Of a stretch of 58,815 bases of DNA, positions 26,683 through 36,453 are shown piece by piece. The DNA is from Chloroflexota bacterium (GTDB lineage Bacteria > Chloroflexota > Dehalococcoidia > Lucifugimonadales > Australimonadaceae), in assembly GCA_002719775.1 (NCBI GenBank), contig PBEP01000014.1, forward strand, positions 1-58,815, given 5' to 3'. Each line of letters opens with the position of its first letter. The first letter of the stretch is position 1. The notes beneath the pieces were generated by a model that ran no database searches, was not told the origin of the DNA, and worked only from the letters and a program-made list of their open reading frames with translations. The translations under genes were made by a program, and so were the position numbers.

Positions 26683-28910
26683 GCAATGTGCTCTTCACTC
26701 ATAGTATGGGTGAGGAGTATTTGCTCCTCTACACCATTTTCATGAGCCAAAACTGCCTTTAAGGGAACGCCTGGCTTTAGGTCAGCTATTCCCAGGATTG
26801 AAATCTTGTCTGTTTCGAGTACTTTATCGTAATCATTAGCATCAGAAAAAGTTAAGGGTAAAATTCCCTGTTTTTTCAAATTCGACTCATGAATCCTAGC
26901 AAATGATCTCACTATTACAGCCTTCGCACCCAAAAGCCTAGGAGACATAGCAGCATGTTCTCTTGAGGATCCTTCGCCATAATTTTCATCACCCACTACA
27001 ATCCAGGATAACCCTCGAGCCCTATAATCCCGAGCGATTTGAGGGAATGGCAAACCATTTTCCCCGGTCACACTATTTAGTCCTTTTCCAGGAATATCAG
27101 TGAAAGCATTCACCGCGCCAAGAAATGCATTGTCGCTTAAGTTGCTCAAGTGCCCTCTGAATCTAAGCCATGGTCCCGCGGGTGAAATATGATCTGTTGT
27201 ACACTTACCTTTAGCTTTCAATAACAACCTTAAATCTTGAAAATCTGTGCCATCCCAAGCAGCAAATGGCTGTAGGATTTCTAGTCTATTAGAGCTAGGA
27301 TCAACCTCAACAACCACATCTGATCCGTCAATTGAGGGAGGCTCATAACCATAATTCCTCCCCTCGTATCCCTGATTTGGAACCTCAGGAGCTTGGCTAG
27401 GAGCTTCTAATTTCCAAGTTTCACCGTTAGTTTCAATCGAATCAGTTAGAGGGTTAAAACTAAGCTGCCCTGACAATGCATACGCAAGGACTATTTCTGG
27501 GCTGGTAATAAAATTATTAGTTCCTGCATTCCCATCATTTCGAGCAGGGAAGTTTCTATTGAAAGAAGAAACTATAGAATTTGGATGACCAGCTTCTACA
27601 TTGGGACGTTTCCATTGACCGATACATGGTCCACAAGCATTGGCCAGAACAGTTGCCCCAATAGCTTCTAAATCTGCCATTTGACCATCACGCTTGATAG
27701 TGGCATGTACTGCCTCGGAACCTGGGGATATCATCAAAGGGACTTTGATCTTCGCTCCGTGTGCAGCTGCTTGTCTCGCTAAATCCGCAACGCGAGCTAT
27801 ATCTTCATATGAAGAATTCGTACAAGAACCAATTAAAGCAGCTGACAGAGAATCTGGATATGCTTCATGATTAACAGCTGCTTCCATTTCAGAAATCGGT
27901 CTCGCCAAGTCTGGCGTGTGCGGGCCAACAACGTGAGGTTCCAATTCATCAAGGTTAATTTCTACAATTCGATCAAAATAATTTTCAGGGTTTAATACGA
28001 CATCATCATCTGCCTTTAGCAAATGCTGATATTCATTTGCTATAGAAGATAATTCGCCTCGATTTGTGGCATCAAGGTATATAGCAGAACGTTCATCATA
28101 AGGAAAAATCGAAGTGGTTGCTCCCAACTCGGCTCCCATATTTGTAATTGTGGCTTTTCCAGTTGCGCTAATTGAGTTTGTACCAGAGCCAAAATACTCG
28201 ACTATAGCGTTTGTTCCACCTTTTACAGTGAGTATGCCAGCCAGCTTCAAAATAACGTCCTTTGGGGCCGTCCATCCACTCAAGGTCCCAGTCAGCTTTA
28301 CCCCAATTAGTTTGGGATAAAGAACTTCCCAAGAAAACCCTGCCATAACGTCCACTGCATCAGCGCCACCAACCCCAGCTGCAAACATCCCAAGCCCTCC
28401 TGCATTGGGTGTATGGGAGTCTGTACCGATCATCATTCCGCCAGGAAATGCATAATTTTCTAGAACAACTTGATGGATTATTCCTGATCCAGGACCCCAA
28501 AACCCTAGACCATACTTATTGGCCGCGCTGCGTAAAAAGTCGTAGACTTCTTTGTTTTGGATTACTGCTTCACCAGTATCAGCCTCAGCACCAGCAAAAG
28601 CTTGAATCAAATGGTCACAATGTACGGTAGTGGGTACTGCAGCATTAGGTCTATTAGCCTGCATAAACTGAAGAATTGTCATCTGACCAGTAACATCCTG
28701 TAATGCTACACGATCAGGTTTTAAATCAATGAAACTTTCACCAGGGACTAAATTTGCATTTTCCGGATCGGTTAAATGGCCTAATAAAACTTTTTCAGCA
28801 TAAGTCAGAGGCCTATTAAGGCGACGACGAACTATTTTGATATTTTCGTCTATCTTCTTATATGCATCGCTTACAAACTCTACTGATGACGCAACTTGTG
28901 GTGCAGCCAT
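26634..28910 (-). CDS. acn: Aconitate hydratase (about 750-aa mitochondrial-like type)
   Basis: 758 aa. N-terminal RPLTYAEKVLLGHL; motifs GTDSHTPNAGGLG, GSCTNSSYED, ANACGPCIGQW (Fe-S Cys ligands) and SSREHAA. Confidence 0.93.
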   Translation of the reverse strand: MAAPQVASSVEFVSDAYKKIDENIKIVRRRLNRPLTYAEKVLLGHLTDPENANLVPGESFIDLKPDRVALQDVTGQMTILQFMQANRPNAAVPTTVHCDHLIQAFAGAEADTGEAVIQNKEVYDFLRSAANKYGLGFWGPGSGIIHQVVLENYAFPGGMMIGTDSHTPNAGGLGMFAAGVGGADAVDVMAGFSWEVLYPKLIGVKLTGTLSGWTAPKDVILKLAGILTVKGGTNAIVEYFGSGTNSISATGKATITNMGAELGATTSIFPYDERSAIYLDATNRGELSSIANEYQHLLKADDDVVLNPENYFDRIVEINLDELEPHVVGPHTPDLARPISEMEAAVNHEAYPDSLSAALIGSCTNSSYEDIARVADLARQAAAHGAKIKVPLMISPGSEAVHATIKRDGQMADLEAIGATVLANACGPCIGQWKRPNVEAGHPNSIVSSFNRNFPARNDGNAGTNNFITSPEIVLAYALSGQLSFNPLTDSIETNGETWKLEAPSQAPEVPNQGYEGRNYGYEPPSIDGSDVVVEVDPSSNRLEILQPFAAWDGTDFQDLRLLLKAKGKCTTDHISPAGPWLRFRGHLSNLSDNAFLGAVNAFTDIPGKGLNSVTGENGLPFPQIARDYRARGLSWIVVGDENYGEGSSREHAAMSPRLLGAKAVIVRSFARIHESNLKKQGILPLTFSDANDYDKVLETDKISILGIADLKPGVPLKAVLAHENGVEEQILLTHTMSEEHIAWFKAGAALNILGQSN

Positions 28911-28963
28911 TTTTCAACCTCCATACCGCTTATGATTCTTAGAAATCAGACTGGCGGATCGAA

Positions 28964-31444
28964 CTATTCCTTTACAACGATGCTAACTAAATACCTAGTA
29001 GGAACATAGACTACCTTTTCTAGCTTTTTACCTTGGGTGTATACAGCAACACGCTCGCTATTAAGCGCAATTTCTTTAGCATCTTTATCGCCAATTTCAG
29101 CACTCACCTGAATTCTGTCTCGCAATTTCCCATTAACTTGAACAATCATTGTGGCTTCTTCTAACGCAGCAATTGACTCATCCCACTCAGGCATCGGTTG
29201 ATTGTGAATACTATACTCAAGTCCGATGATTTCCCAGAGTTCTTCAGAAATATGCGGAGCGATAGGTGCAAGCATAGTCAGTAACTTTGTCACAGACTCG
29301 AACCAAACTGATTGAGAAATTTCTTTATTTGCGTACATAGGAGCCATTAAGTTAGTCAGTTCCATTAACGCAGCTATGGCTGTATTAAACTTAAATCTCT
29401 CTAAATCATTCCGCACACGAAAAATAGTTTGATGTAATTTACGTAAAAGCTTACGGTCACCTTCCTTGTCGCTTTGTTCTAATTTGGTTGGTTCTAAATT
29501 ACAAAGGTCCCATAAGCGTGAAACCCACCGAGCAACTCCATTTATTCCTGCGTCAGACCAGTCTCCTCCTGCCTCCCATGGACCAAGGAACATCAAATAA
29601 AGGCGTACTACATCAGATCCTAAATCCTTAACATACTCATCGGGTGCAATTACGTTGCCTTTACTTTTTGACATCTTCGAATGATTTGAAAGTATAACTC
29701 CCTGATTGAACAGTCTAAGGAAAGGCTCATCAAACTGTATGATGCCAAGATCCCGTATTGCTTTAGTTACAAAGCGAGCGTATAAAAGGTGCATTACAGC
29801 GTGCTCAGCACCGCCCATATATTGATCAACAGGTCCCCATAGTTTTGCTTTATCGTCATCTACAGGATTGTGTTTTGATCTAGGGCTGAGATAACGCAAA
29901 AAGTACCAAGAAGAATCAACAAACGTATCCATCGTATCCGTCTCACGTTGCGCATCTTCACCACAGATAGGGCATATAGTTCTAACAAAGCCGTCGTGGT
30001 ATTTGAGAGGCGATTCTCCAGTGGGGCTAAATTCCACGCCAGAAGGTAATGTGATAGGTAGTTCTGATTCTGGCACAGGCACTGTCCCACATTTGCCACA
30101 ATAAACAATCGGAATAGGGGTTCCCCAATAGCGTTGTCTAGAAATAAGCCAATCTCGCATTCGGTATGATACGGTAGGTTCGCCCCACCCCTGTTGCTGG
30201 ATCTTATTTCCTATTGCTTTGTACCCATCAATGGCAGTCATGCCAGTGAATTCACCTGAAGCAGTCAAAATACCATTTGTTTTATCTGTATAAGCCTCTT
30301 TGAGTTCTGATTTTCCGTCCCAATCAGGGGGCGCAACTACTAATCGGATCTCTAGTTCATTTTTTTTCGCAAACGAAAAATCTCGTTCATCATGGGCGGG
30401 GACTCCCATCACCGCTCCTGTTCCGTAAGAATATAGGACATAATCCGCGACCAAAATTGGAATACGCTCTCCGTTGACCTTGTTAATGGCATATGACCCT
30501 GTATGTATGCCAGTTTGCTCACGTTCGGAAGATAATCTTTCGATTTCACTTGATTCCCGAGCATGGTTTATATATGTGTCTACAGCGCTACGATTTTGTT
30601 CGGTAGTTAATAAAGGGACTAGTGGATTTTCAGGAGCCAAAGCTAAGAATGTTACGCCGAAAATAGTATCAATTCTCGTAGTAAAGACTGAAATACTTTC
30701 CTGCGTAAGGCCATACTCTGATATATCGAAGCTAGCCTTGACCCCTTCACTCCTACCAATCCAATTGGTCTGCATCGATTTAATTCGTTCAGGCCAATCT
30801 TCAACTTTAGAGAAGTCAAGTAATTCATCTGCATAAGATGTGATACTTAGAAACCATTGTGCCATTTCTCTTCGAATAACAATATCGTCGGATCTTTCGC
30901 ACTTTCCGTCTATTACCTGTTCATTTGCAAGAACAGTTTGGCACCCAGGACACCAGTTCACTGATGCTTCTGCTTTATAAGCTAATCCCTTTTCAAATAA
31001 TTTTAAAAACAACCATTGATTCCACTTGTAGTAATCTGGATCACATGTAACCACTTCACGTTCCCAGTCAAAAACTGGACCCATAGACTTTAGCTGTTTC
31101 CGCATTCTCTCTATGTTCGCTAGCGTCCATTCAGAAGGGTCAACTTTATTCCTGATCGCTGCATTTTCTGCAGGCAATCCAAAAGCATCAAAACCCATAG
31201 GAAATAATACGTTGTAACCTTTCATTCTCATGAATCGTGCATAGGCATCTGCAGGAGACATCGCATACCAGTGTCCTATATGAAGCTCACCTGAAGGGTA
31301 AGGATACATAGTTAGTGCATACCACTTAGGCTTGGGATCATCGTCTATAGTTTTGTACAAACCATCAGACTCCCAACGGGCTTGCCATTTTTTGTCTATA
31401 GCTTGCGGATCGTACCGCAAAGAGGTCTTACGTTTGGTTACCAT
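28964..31444 (-). CDS. leuS: Leucyl-tRNA synthetase
   Basis: 826 aa with the HIGH-type motif HIGHWY, KMSKSKGN and the CP1 editing insertion. Confidence 0.96.
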   Translation of the reverse strand: MVTKRKTSLRYDPQAIDKKWQARWESDGLYKTIDDDPKPKWYALTMYPYPSGELHIGHWYAMSPADAYARFMRMKGYNVLFPMGFDAFGLPAENAAIRNKVDPSEWTLANIERMRKQLKSMGPVFDWEREVVTCDPDYYKWNQWLFLKLFEKGLAYKAEASVNWCPGCQTVLANEQVIDGKCERSDDIVIRREMAQWFLSITSYADELLDFSKVEDWPERIKSMQTNWIGRSEGVKASFDISEYGLTQESISVFTTRIDTIFGVTFLALAPENPLVPLLTTEQNRSAVDTYINHARESSEIERLSSEREQTGIHTGSYAINKVNGERIPILVADYVLYSYGTGAVMGVPAHDERDFSFAKKNELEIRLVVAPPDWDGKSELKEAYTDKTNGILTASGEFTGMTAIDGYKAIGNKIQQQGWGEPTVSYRMRDWLISRQRYWGTPIPIVYCGKCGTVPVPESELPITLPSGVEFSPTGESPLKYHDGFVRTICPICGEDAQRETDTMDTFVDSSWYFLRYLSPRSKHNPVDDDKAKLWGPVDQYMGGAEHAVMHLLYARFVTKAIRDLGIIQFDEPFLRLFNQGVILSNHSKMSKSKGNVIAPDEYVKDLGSDVVRLYLMFLGPWEAGGDWSDAGINGVARWVSRLWDLCNLEPTKLEQSDKEGDRKLLRKLHQTIFRVRNDLERFKFNTAIAALMELTNLMAPMYANKEISQSVWFESVTKLLTMLAPIAPHISEELWEIIGLEYSIHNQPMPEWDESIAALEEATMIVQVNGKLRDRIQVSAEIGDKDAKEIALNSERVAVYTQGKKLEKVVYVPTRYLVSIVVKE

Positions 31445-31514
31445 AATATTTTAAGCTTAGCGGAGTGCTGGTAGCTATGCTTGCAAAAGAATGTAGTAAA
31501 AGTGTAGCAAGTTG

Positions 31515-31901
31515 TCAGCCAGAAATCGCCCTTCCAATAATATATCCTAAGCATGTAACTAAAAGTGTAATTACCAAAGTCAAAAGCACATAAGTTAATG
31601 CTGTAATGCTATGTCCTGAGCGTAACAAGTTTAGTGCTTCGAAACTGAAGGCTGAAAATGTAGTAAAGCCCCCCAGAAAGCCTACCACTACGAAAAGTCT
31701 AGCTTTTTCAGAAATATCCCCTGAAATAATTAAAAGACCGGCTAGTAAGCCGATTATGAAGCACCCTATTACGTTAACTGTGAATGTTCCTAGTGGAAAA
31801 GAACTTGAACTAGCAACCCGATCAGACATCCAGAGTGACAATGTATATCTAAATGCTGAGCCCGCAAACCCTCCTATTCCAACTAAGAGAATCTGAATCA
31901 A
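31515..31901 (-). CDS. crcB: Fluoride channel CrcB/Fluc
   Basis: 128 aa with 4 TM helices and the GFLGGFTTFSAFS signature. The start overlaps the HIT gene stop by 4 nt. Confidence 0.9.
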   Translation of the reverse strand: MIQILLVGIGGFAGSAFRYTLSLWMSDRVASSSSFPLGTFTVNVIGCFIIGLLAGLLIISGDISEKARLFVVVGFLGGFTTFSAFSFEALNLLRSGHSITALTYVLLTLVITLLVTCLGYIIGRAISG

Positions 31902-32287
31902 ACCTTATTACCCCCATAGACCCTAGCCCAAAAATCACCTTTACCCTTGAAATCAACGTACAATCCTAGCGCTGTTCCGCCCAAAACATGGAGGTGCGCA
32001 TGTACTTGGGTTTGTAGAGCATCATCACCGAAATTAGACAAGATACGGAAACCTTCAGGTGATTCACTAGCCCCAATCTCAACAGCTAAGTTACTGGCTT
32101 TTTGAAACAATTTTGAAGTCCAGAACTCTGTCTGTGATAAATGATTATTAGGTGCAACTAATAGCATTATTGGAACCCAAGTCAAAATATTTCTAAATAC
32201 AATCAGGTCGTCGTCTTGGTATTTTATTTCTGCTTCCGATTTGCCGCTCACAATGCCACAAAATTCACACCCTGGCTCAATAATCAT
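31898..32287 (-). CDS. HIT-family (histidine triad) protein
   Basis: 129 aa with the HAHLHVLGG triad and an N-terminal CEFC. Confidence 0.85.
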   Translation of the reverse strand: MIIEPGCEFCGIVSGKSEAEIKYQDDDLIVFRNILTWVPIMLLVAPNNHLSQTEFWTSKLFQKASNLAVEIGASESPEGFRILSNFGDDALQTQVHAHLHVLGGTALGLYVDFKGKGDFWARVYGGNKV

Positions 32288-33675
32288 TGTCTAGCTGATC
32301 CAGAGCCACTGTTCCTATAATCGGGTGCTTCAATCGGCATAACTTGAACGACTCGAGGGTCGTTGAGTCTTGAAGCTATAGGATCGCCTTGTGTGGATGG
32401 CAAATTCCTTGTGGTGATAATGGTAGGCAATCTTTCGTTGTGCCTTTGAACTATTATTTGATAGAGCTTTTCATGGGCCCAGGGTGTAGCTGATTCTGCT
32501 CCTAAGTCATCCAAAATCAGCAATGGGGTTCTTTTTACCTTCTCAAAAAGACCATCATAGGTAACTCTGCTGTCAGGGCTAAATGTATACCTTAAGTGAT
32601 CAAGAAGATCAGGCACAAAGGTGAAAAATACCTCTTTGCCTGAATCAAGTTGAGATTTTGCAATTGAAATTGACAAGTGCGTTTTACCAGTCCCTGAGTT
32701 ACCCAAGAAAACTAGCCAGCCATCTGGGTCTTTAGCATATGCCTGTGCCATACGAAAAGAAGCTTCAAGGGTTTGTTTCTCACTTTGATGCAAAGTCTTA
32801 TTATCAAATTTGAAATTTTCAAAATTCATCATCTGCAACATAGATGAAGGGATTTCGCCAATGCCTGTAAGAATTTTATTACTGGCATGGAATCCCAAAT
32901 CAAAAATCTTAGCCACCAAACTGTCTTCGAGCCTTGATTTTGTGCGCTCATCCATATCATCAATTGGCGTGTTTGTAGTTATAACTGTAGGCAAACCGGC
33001 AACGTAACGATGGTTCAATACTTGAAACAACTTTTCATCCGCCCAAGTAGTGGCACTTTGAGAACCCAAATCATCAAGTATTAGCAGTGGGATAGATTTC
33101 ACTTGTTCAAAAAGTTCATCATAGGAAAGCTCATGTTCTGGGTTAAATGAAGCCCTCAAGTGGTCTAGCAAATCAGGTACAAAAGCAAAGAATACTGGTT
33201 GGCCTCGTTCCATGCAGCGATTGGCTATTGCTGCTGCCAAATGTGTCTTACCTGTACCGCTCGAGCCAGTAAGAACTAACCAGCCTTTAGGTTCACTAGA
33301 GTAAGAAATTGCTGTGTCAAAGGCGAATCTGAACTTCTGTTTTGTTTCAACTGTACCTCCTCTACCATCTGGAATCGTATCCCCAAAGTTTAGTTGAGAT
33401 AAAACCCCCATATTGCTATACCTTCTCAATCTAGAGAGACGCTGATCTTCACTCATTTCCAGTTGGCATTCACAAGGCTGTGCTCTACCAAAGTCGGCAT
33501 GCCCTATAATAACGTTTCTACGCAACCAACCTCGGCCTCCGCATATTTGACAAGGAGGAACTATCTGCTCAGTTTCAACACTAGCTAAAATCTCATGAGC
33601 ATTAGCTGGTCTTGCGTCTATACTCTGCTGCTGTAAGCGTTTGAGGATTTCTCCCAAGCTTTCCATCCGTTCCAA
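32284..33675 (-). CDS. DnaC/DnaI-type helicase loader with tandemly duplicated AAA+ modules
   Basis: 463 aa with an N-terminal Cys cluster CQICGG...CEC. Module 1 has GSSGTGKTH and LLILDDLG; module 2 has GNSGTGKTH and LLILDDLG. It lies downstream of dnaB and a DnaD-domain gene. The start overlaps the upstream gene by 65-74 nt (ATG 33675 or 33666). Confidence 0.85.
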   Translation of the reverse strand: MERMESLGEILKRLQQQSIDARPANAHEILASVETEQIVPPCQICGGRGWLRRNVIIGHADFGRAQPCECQLEMSEDQRLSRLRRYSNMGVLSQLNFGDTIPDGRGGTVETKQKFRFAFDTAISYSSEPKGWLVLTGSSGTGKTHLAAAIANRCMERGQPVFFAFVPDLLDHLRASFNPEHELSYDELFEQVKSIPLLILDDLGSQSATTWADEKLFQVLNHRYVAGLPTVITTNTPIDDMDERTKSRLEDSLVAKIFDLGFHASNKILTGIGEIPSSMLQMMNFENFKFDNKTLHQSEKQTLEASFRMAQAYAKDPDGWLVFLGNSGTGKTHLSISIAKSQLDSGKEVFFTFVPDLLDHLRYTFSPDSRVTYDGLFEKVKRTPLLILDDLGAESATPWAHEKLYQIIVQRHNERLPTIITTRNLPSTQGDPIASRLNDPRVVQVMPIEAPDYRNSGSGSARQ

Positions 33676-34279
33676 ATTTCTTACCCTCCCTTAACCAACG
33701 TTCCAAAACTCTGGATACATAGCGCCAACTGCGGGCATTGTTCTCCACTGATTCTCTAATAGCCATCTCTATCCACTCTAATGGATAAATCGTTTCCGCG
33801 TCACGTAGCTCATCAGAAATCATTGGTGTCAAAGCACCGATGTTTGACTCGTAAAGTTGAAAGATATTCAAGCCATTTGAAGAATGTGGAAAATTATTGT
33901 CAATTATTTTTGGATTTTGCATGAGGGGTTTATCGGATGCTTTTTGAATCGCACTTCTTCCCTCAGGGTTGTTGATAAAGTAGGTATATGAGCCATCGTT
34001 TCTCTCTGTAGATAGCAAAGTACCTCTTTGAACAGCCATGCTAAGTCCCCTTTTAATCTCTGAAATTGATCCCAAAGACTGAACGAGCAATTGGTCTGAC
34101 AAAAGCGTTCTTGAATCGATAGATCTATCAATTCCTTTAATTTGGGCAATATGCCAAAAGAATCTTAGGGTACATCGAATTTCTGCGATATCTTCTATAT
34201 CTTCAATTAATGAACTAATCAACAAAGATGGAATTGGGATGTTGCGCATGCCGCTCGGGAATCCCTGGAATTTATCCAT
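33602..34279 (-). CDS. DnaD-domain replication initiation/helicase-loading protein
   Basis: 225 aa. The C-terminal block NIFQLYESNIGALTPMISDELRDAE...WIEMAIRESVENNARSWRYVSRVLERWLREG matches the DnaD/DnaB_2 domain pattern. The ATG abuts the dnaB stop. Confidence 0.75.
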   Translation of the reverse strand: MDKFQGFPSGMRNIPIPSLLISSLIEDIEDIAEIRCTLRFFWHIAQIKGIDRSIDSRTLLSDQLLVQSLGSISEIKRGLSMAVQRGTLLSTERNDGSYTYFINNPEGRSAIQKASDKPLMQNPKIIDNNFPHSSNGLNIFQLYESNIGALTPMISDELRDAETIYPLEWIEMAIRESVENNARSWRYVSRVLERWLREGKKFGTDGKLGRNPQTLTAAEYRRKTS

Positions 34280-35656
34280 TTATTCCCACCCAGATAAAGA
34301 CTGCTCGGTAGCTAAATTCTCAAACCTAAAGAAATGTCCTCTGAAATACAATTCCACCGTCGGAGTATCGCCATGTCTATTTTTGGCAATCACTACCTGT
34401 GCTAAATTTTCAGGGTAAGGCTTTGCTGGATATTTTTGTTCCCATGTTTCTAAGTCTGTATATTTGTCTTCTCTGTGAATGAATGCAACGACATCAGCGT
34501 CTTGCTCTATTGAACCAGACTCACGAAGGTCAGAAAGCATTGGTCTATGGTCCGGTCGTTGTTCTATAGCTCTACTAAGCTGTGAGATTGCAATTACTGG
34601 AACGTTTAGATCTCTAGCAACTGCTTTCAAAGAACGAGTTATCTCTCCGAGCTCTGTAACGCGATTTTCTCCCCTAGAGCCAGAACCGCTCATTAACTGC
34701 AAATAGTCCACAATTACTAAATCAACACCTCTTTCAGTGTGTAATCTACGTAACTTAGAGCGCATTTGAGGAACGCTTTGTACGGCAGAATCATCCATAT
34801 ATAATGGTAACTCTGATAATTCTCCTATCGACTCCATTACTCGCGATGATTCTGCATCAGTAAGTAAGCCAATTCTTAAACGGTGGCTCACAACTTCAGC
34901 TTCAGCACACAGTAATCTAAGAGCCAGTTGGTCGCGGCTCATCTCTAGGCTAAAGACTGCACTAGTGGCTCCTTGAAGTGATGCATTTCTTGCTATGTTC
35001 ATGGCCAAAGTTGATTTACCCAAAGAAGGCCTCGCAGCAATAATGACCAAGTCACCTCTTTGCAGACCTCCAAGAGCTGCATCTATATCAGTGAAGCCGG
35101 AATTAACTGGCTGAAGCGATCTATCAGTTGAGCCTTCCAAAGTAGAGGTTTCTACCAGATACTCATCCAATACTTGTCGTAAAGTCACAAAATCCCGAAC
35201 AGCCGAAGTCCCTCTAACCTTAAAGACGGCATCTTCTGCCTGGGTAATAGCCTGATCAACATCAGCAGAGTCAGCATATCCAATAGCAGCTATATCCCCG
35301 GCAGCATCAATCAAACGTCTCATCGTTGCTGTTCTATTCACCAGCCTCGCGTAGTGTTCAATATGAACAGAAGTCGGCACCATTGCTACTAGATGGCTCA
35401 AATAAGCAGGTCCGCCCACCCCATCAAGACGCTCAACTAAGGTCAACTCATGAGAGACAGTAAGTTGGTTAATAGCATCTCCTCTTTCGTATAGCGACCT
35501 ACATGCTTCATAACACCAACGATTGCGTTCACGGTAGAAATCGTTCACTGACAATAAGGTTGTAATTTTATTAATTGCGTCACCATCGATCAGCAAAGAC
35601 CCTATTACTGCCTCTTCGGCATCCGTGTCATGAGGTGGTAATTGTTCAGCGTACAT
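34280..35656 (-). CDS. dnaB: Replicative DNA helicase DnaB
   Basis: 458 aa starting PPHDTDAEEAVIGSLL, with Walker A ARPSLGKST and IVDYLQLM. It follows rplI, as in many bacteria. Confidence 0.96.
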   Translation of the reverse strand: MYAEQLPPHDTDAEEAVIGSLLIDGDAINKITTLLSVNDFYRERNRWCYEACRSLYERGDAINQLTVSHELTLVERLDGVGGPAYLSHLVAMVPTSVHIEHYARLVNRTATMRRLIDAAGDIAAIGYADSADVDQAITQAEDAVFKVRGTSAVRDFVTLRQVLDEYLVETSTLEGSTDRSLQPVNSGFTDIDAALGGLQRGDLVIIAARPSLGKSTLAMNIARNASLQGATSAVFSLEMSRDQLALRLLCAEAEVVSHRLRIGLLTDAESSRVMESIGELSELPLYMDDSAVQSVPQMRSKLRRLHTERGVDLVIVDYLQLMSGSGSRGENRVTELGEITRSLKAVARDLNVPVIAISQLSRAIEQRPDHRPMLSDLRESGSIEQDADVVAFIHREDKYTDLETWEQKYPAKPYPENLAQVVIAKNRHGDTPTVELYFRGHFFRFENLATEQSLSGWE

Positions 35657-35664
35657 TACTTCCC

Positions 35665-36273
35665 TTACTCATTTGTACCTTGAGAATCCGCGGCATCTTC
35701 TTCTAATTCATCAGATTTTGGCTCTTCTAATTGTTCATTGTCAGATGAGGAAGCTTCTGAAATTTCAGTCGAATTTTGCTCATCATCAATTGCGACCGCT
35801 TCTGGTAAATCAATGGGTTCAACATATCCTTCAGGAATTACTGAAAGGTTTACTGTGGCCTGAACTTCTCTGTACAAACGTACTTTAACTTCATAATCCC
35901 CCGGATCATGTATTGCTTCACCCAGAAGAACTTGGCGATGATCCAATTTCCTTTCAGTTATTTGAGACAAACGGTCAGCTACGTGCCTACCAGTCACTGC
36001 ACCAAAGAGCCTCCCATTAGGACCAACCCTTGCTTCTATCTCTATCTTTATGCCAGCTATAGCATCTGCTACAACTTGCCAATCGCTTGATTGTTTAAGA
36101 CGCAACTCTTTTGCAGATTTCTCTATAGCATTTATGCGCTGAATTGAATCCTTAGTAGCGGGAGCGGCCAACCCTTTTGGCAAAAGATAGTTACGAGCAA
36201 AGCCGTTTTTAACTTCCTTTATTTCACCTGCATCAGCCGTACCAGGTACATCTTGTAAAAAAATTACTTGCAT
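35665..36273 (-). CDS. rplI: 50S ribosomal protein L9 with a 53-aa acidic C-terminal tail
   Basis: Starts MQVIFLQDVPG...GEIKEVKNGFARNYLLPKGLA. The canonical fold ends near residue 149, and the protein is 202 aa. Confidence 0.93.
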   Translation of the reverse strand: MQVIFLQDVPGTADAGEIKEVKNGFARNYLLPKGLAAPATKDSIQRINAIEKSAKELRLKQSSDWQVVADAIAGIKIEIEARVGPNGRLFGAVTGRHVADRLSQITERKLDHRQVLLGEAIHDPGDYEVKVRLYREVQATVNLSVIPEGYVEPIDLPEAVAIDDEQNSTEISEASSSDNEQLEEPKSDELEEDAADSQGTNE

Positions 36274-36453
36274 ATTTACACCCTCAAAAAATGGTCAAAT
36301 AGATATGGAGTCCCTAAGGATATCATTGAAAAGTTGAACTCAAGAGAGCAATTCAAGCAAGCCCCTCTTGTCCAACGCGCCGAGTCTATTATCAACGATA
36401 CCCTCTCGTCAGACGTCAAGAGAGAAACAATCAAATTTAAACGAGCTTTAATA

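Noticed and set aside
31445-31514. Looked for a T-box leader upstream of leuS
   Set aside because: The spacer is 70 nt, far shorter than a T-box. It has only a weak 5-bp pairing (cttgc...gcaag).
32284-34279. Possibility that the DnaD-domain and loader genes are a prophage or plasmid replication module
   Set aside because: They are translationally abutted to chromosomal rplI-dnaB. No integrase, repeats or other mobile-element genes are nearby, so a host replication operon is the simpler reading.
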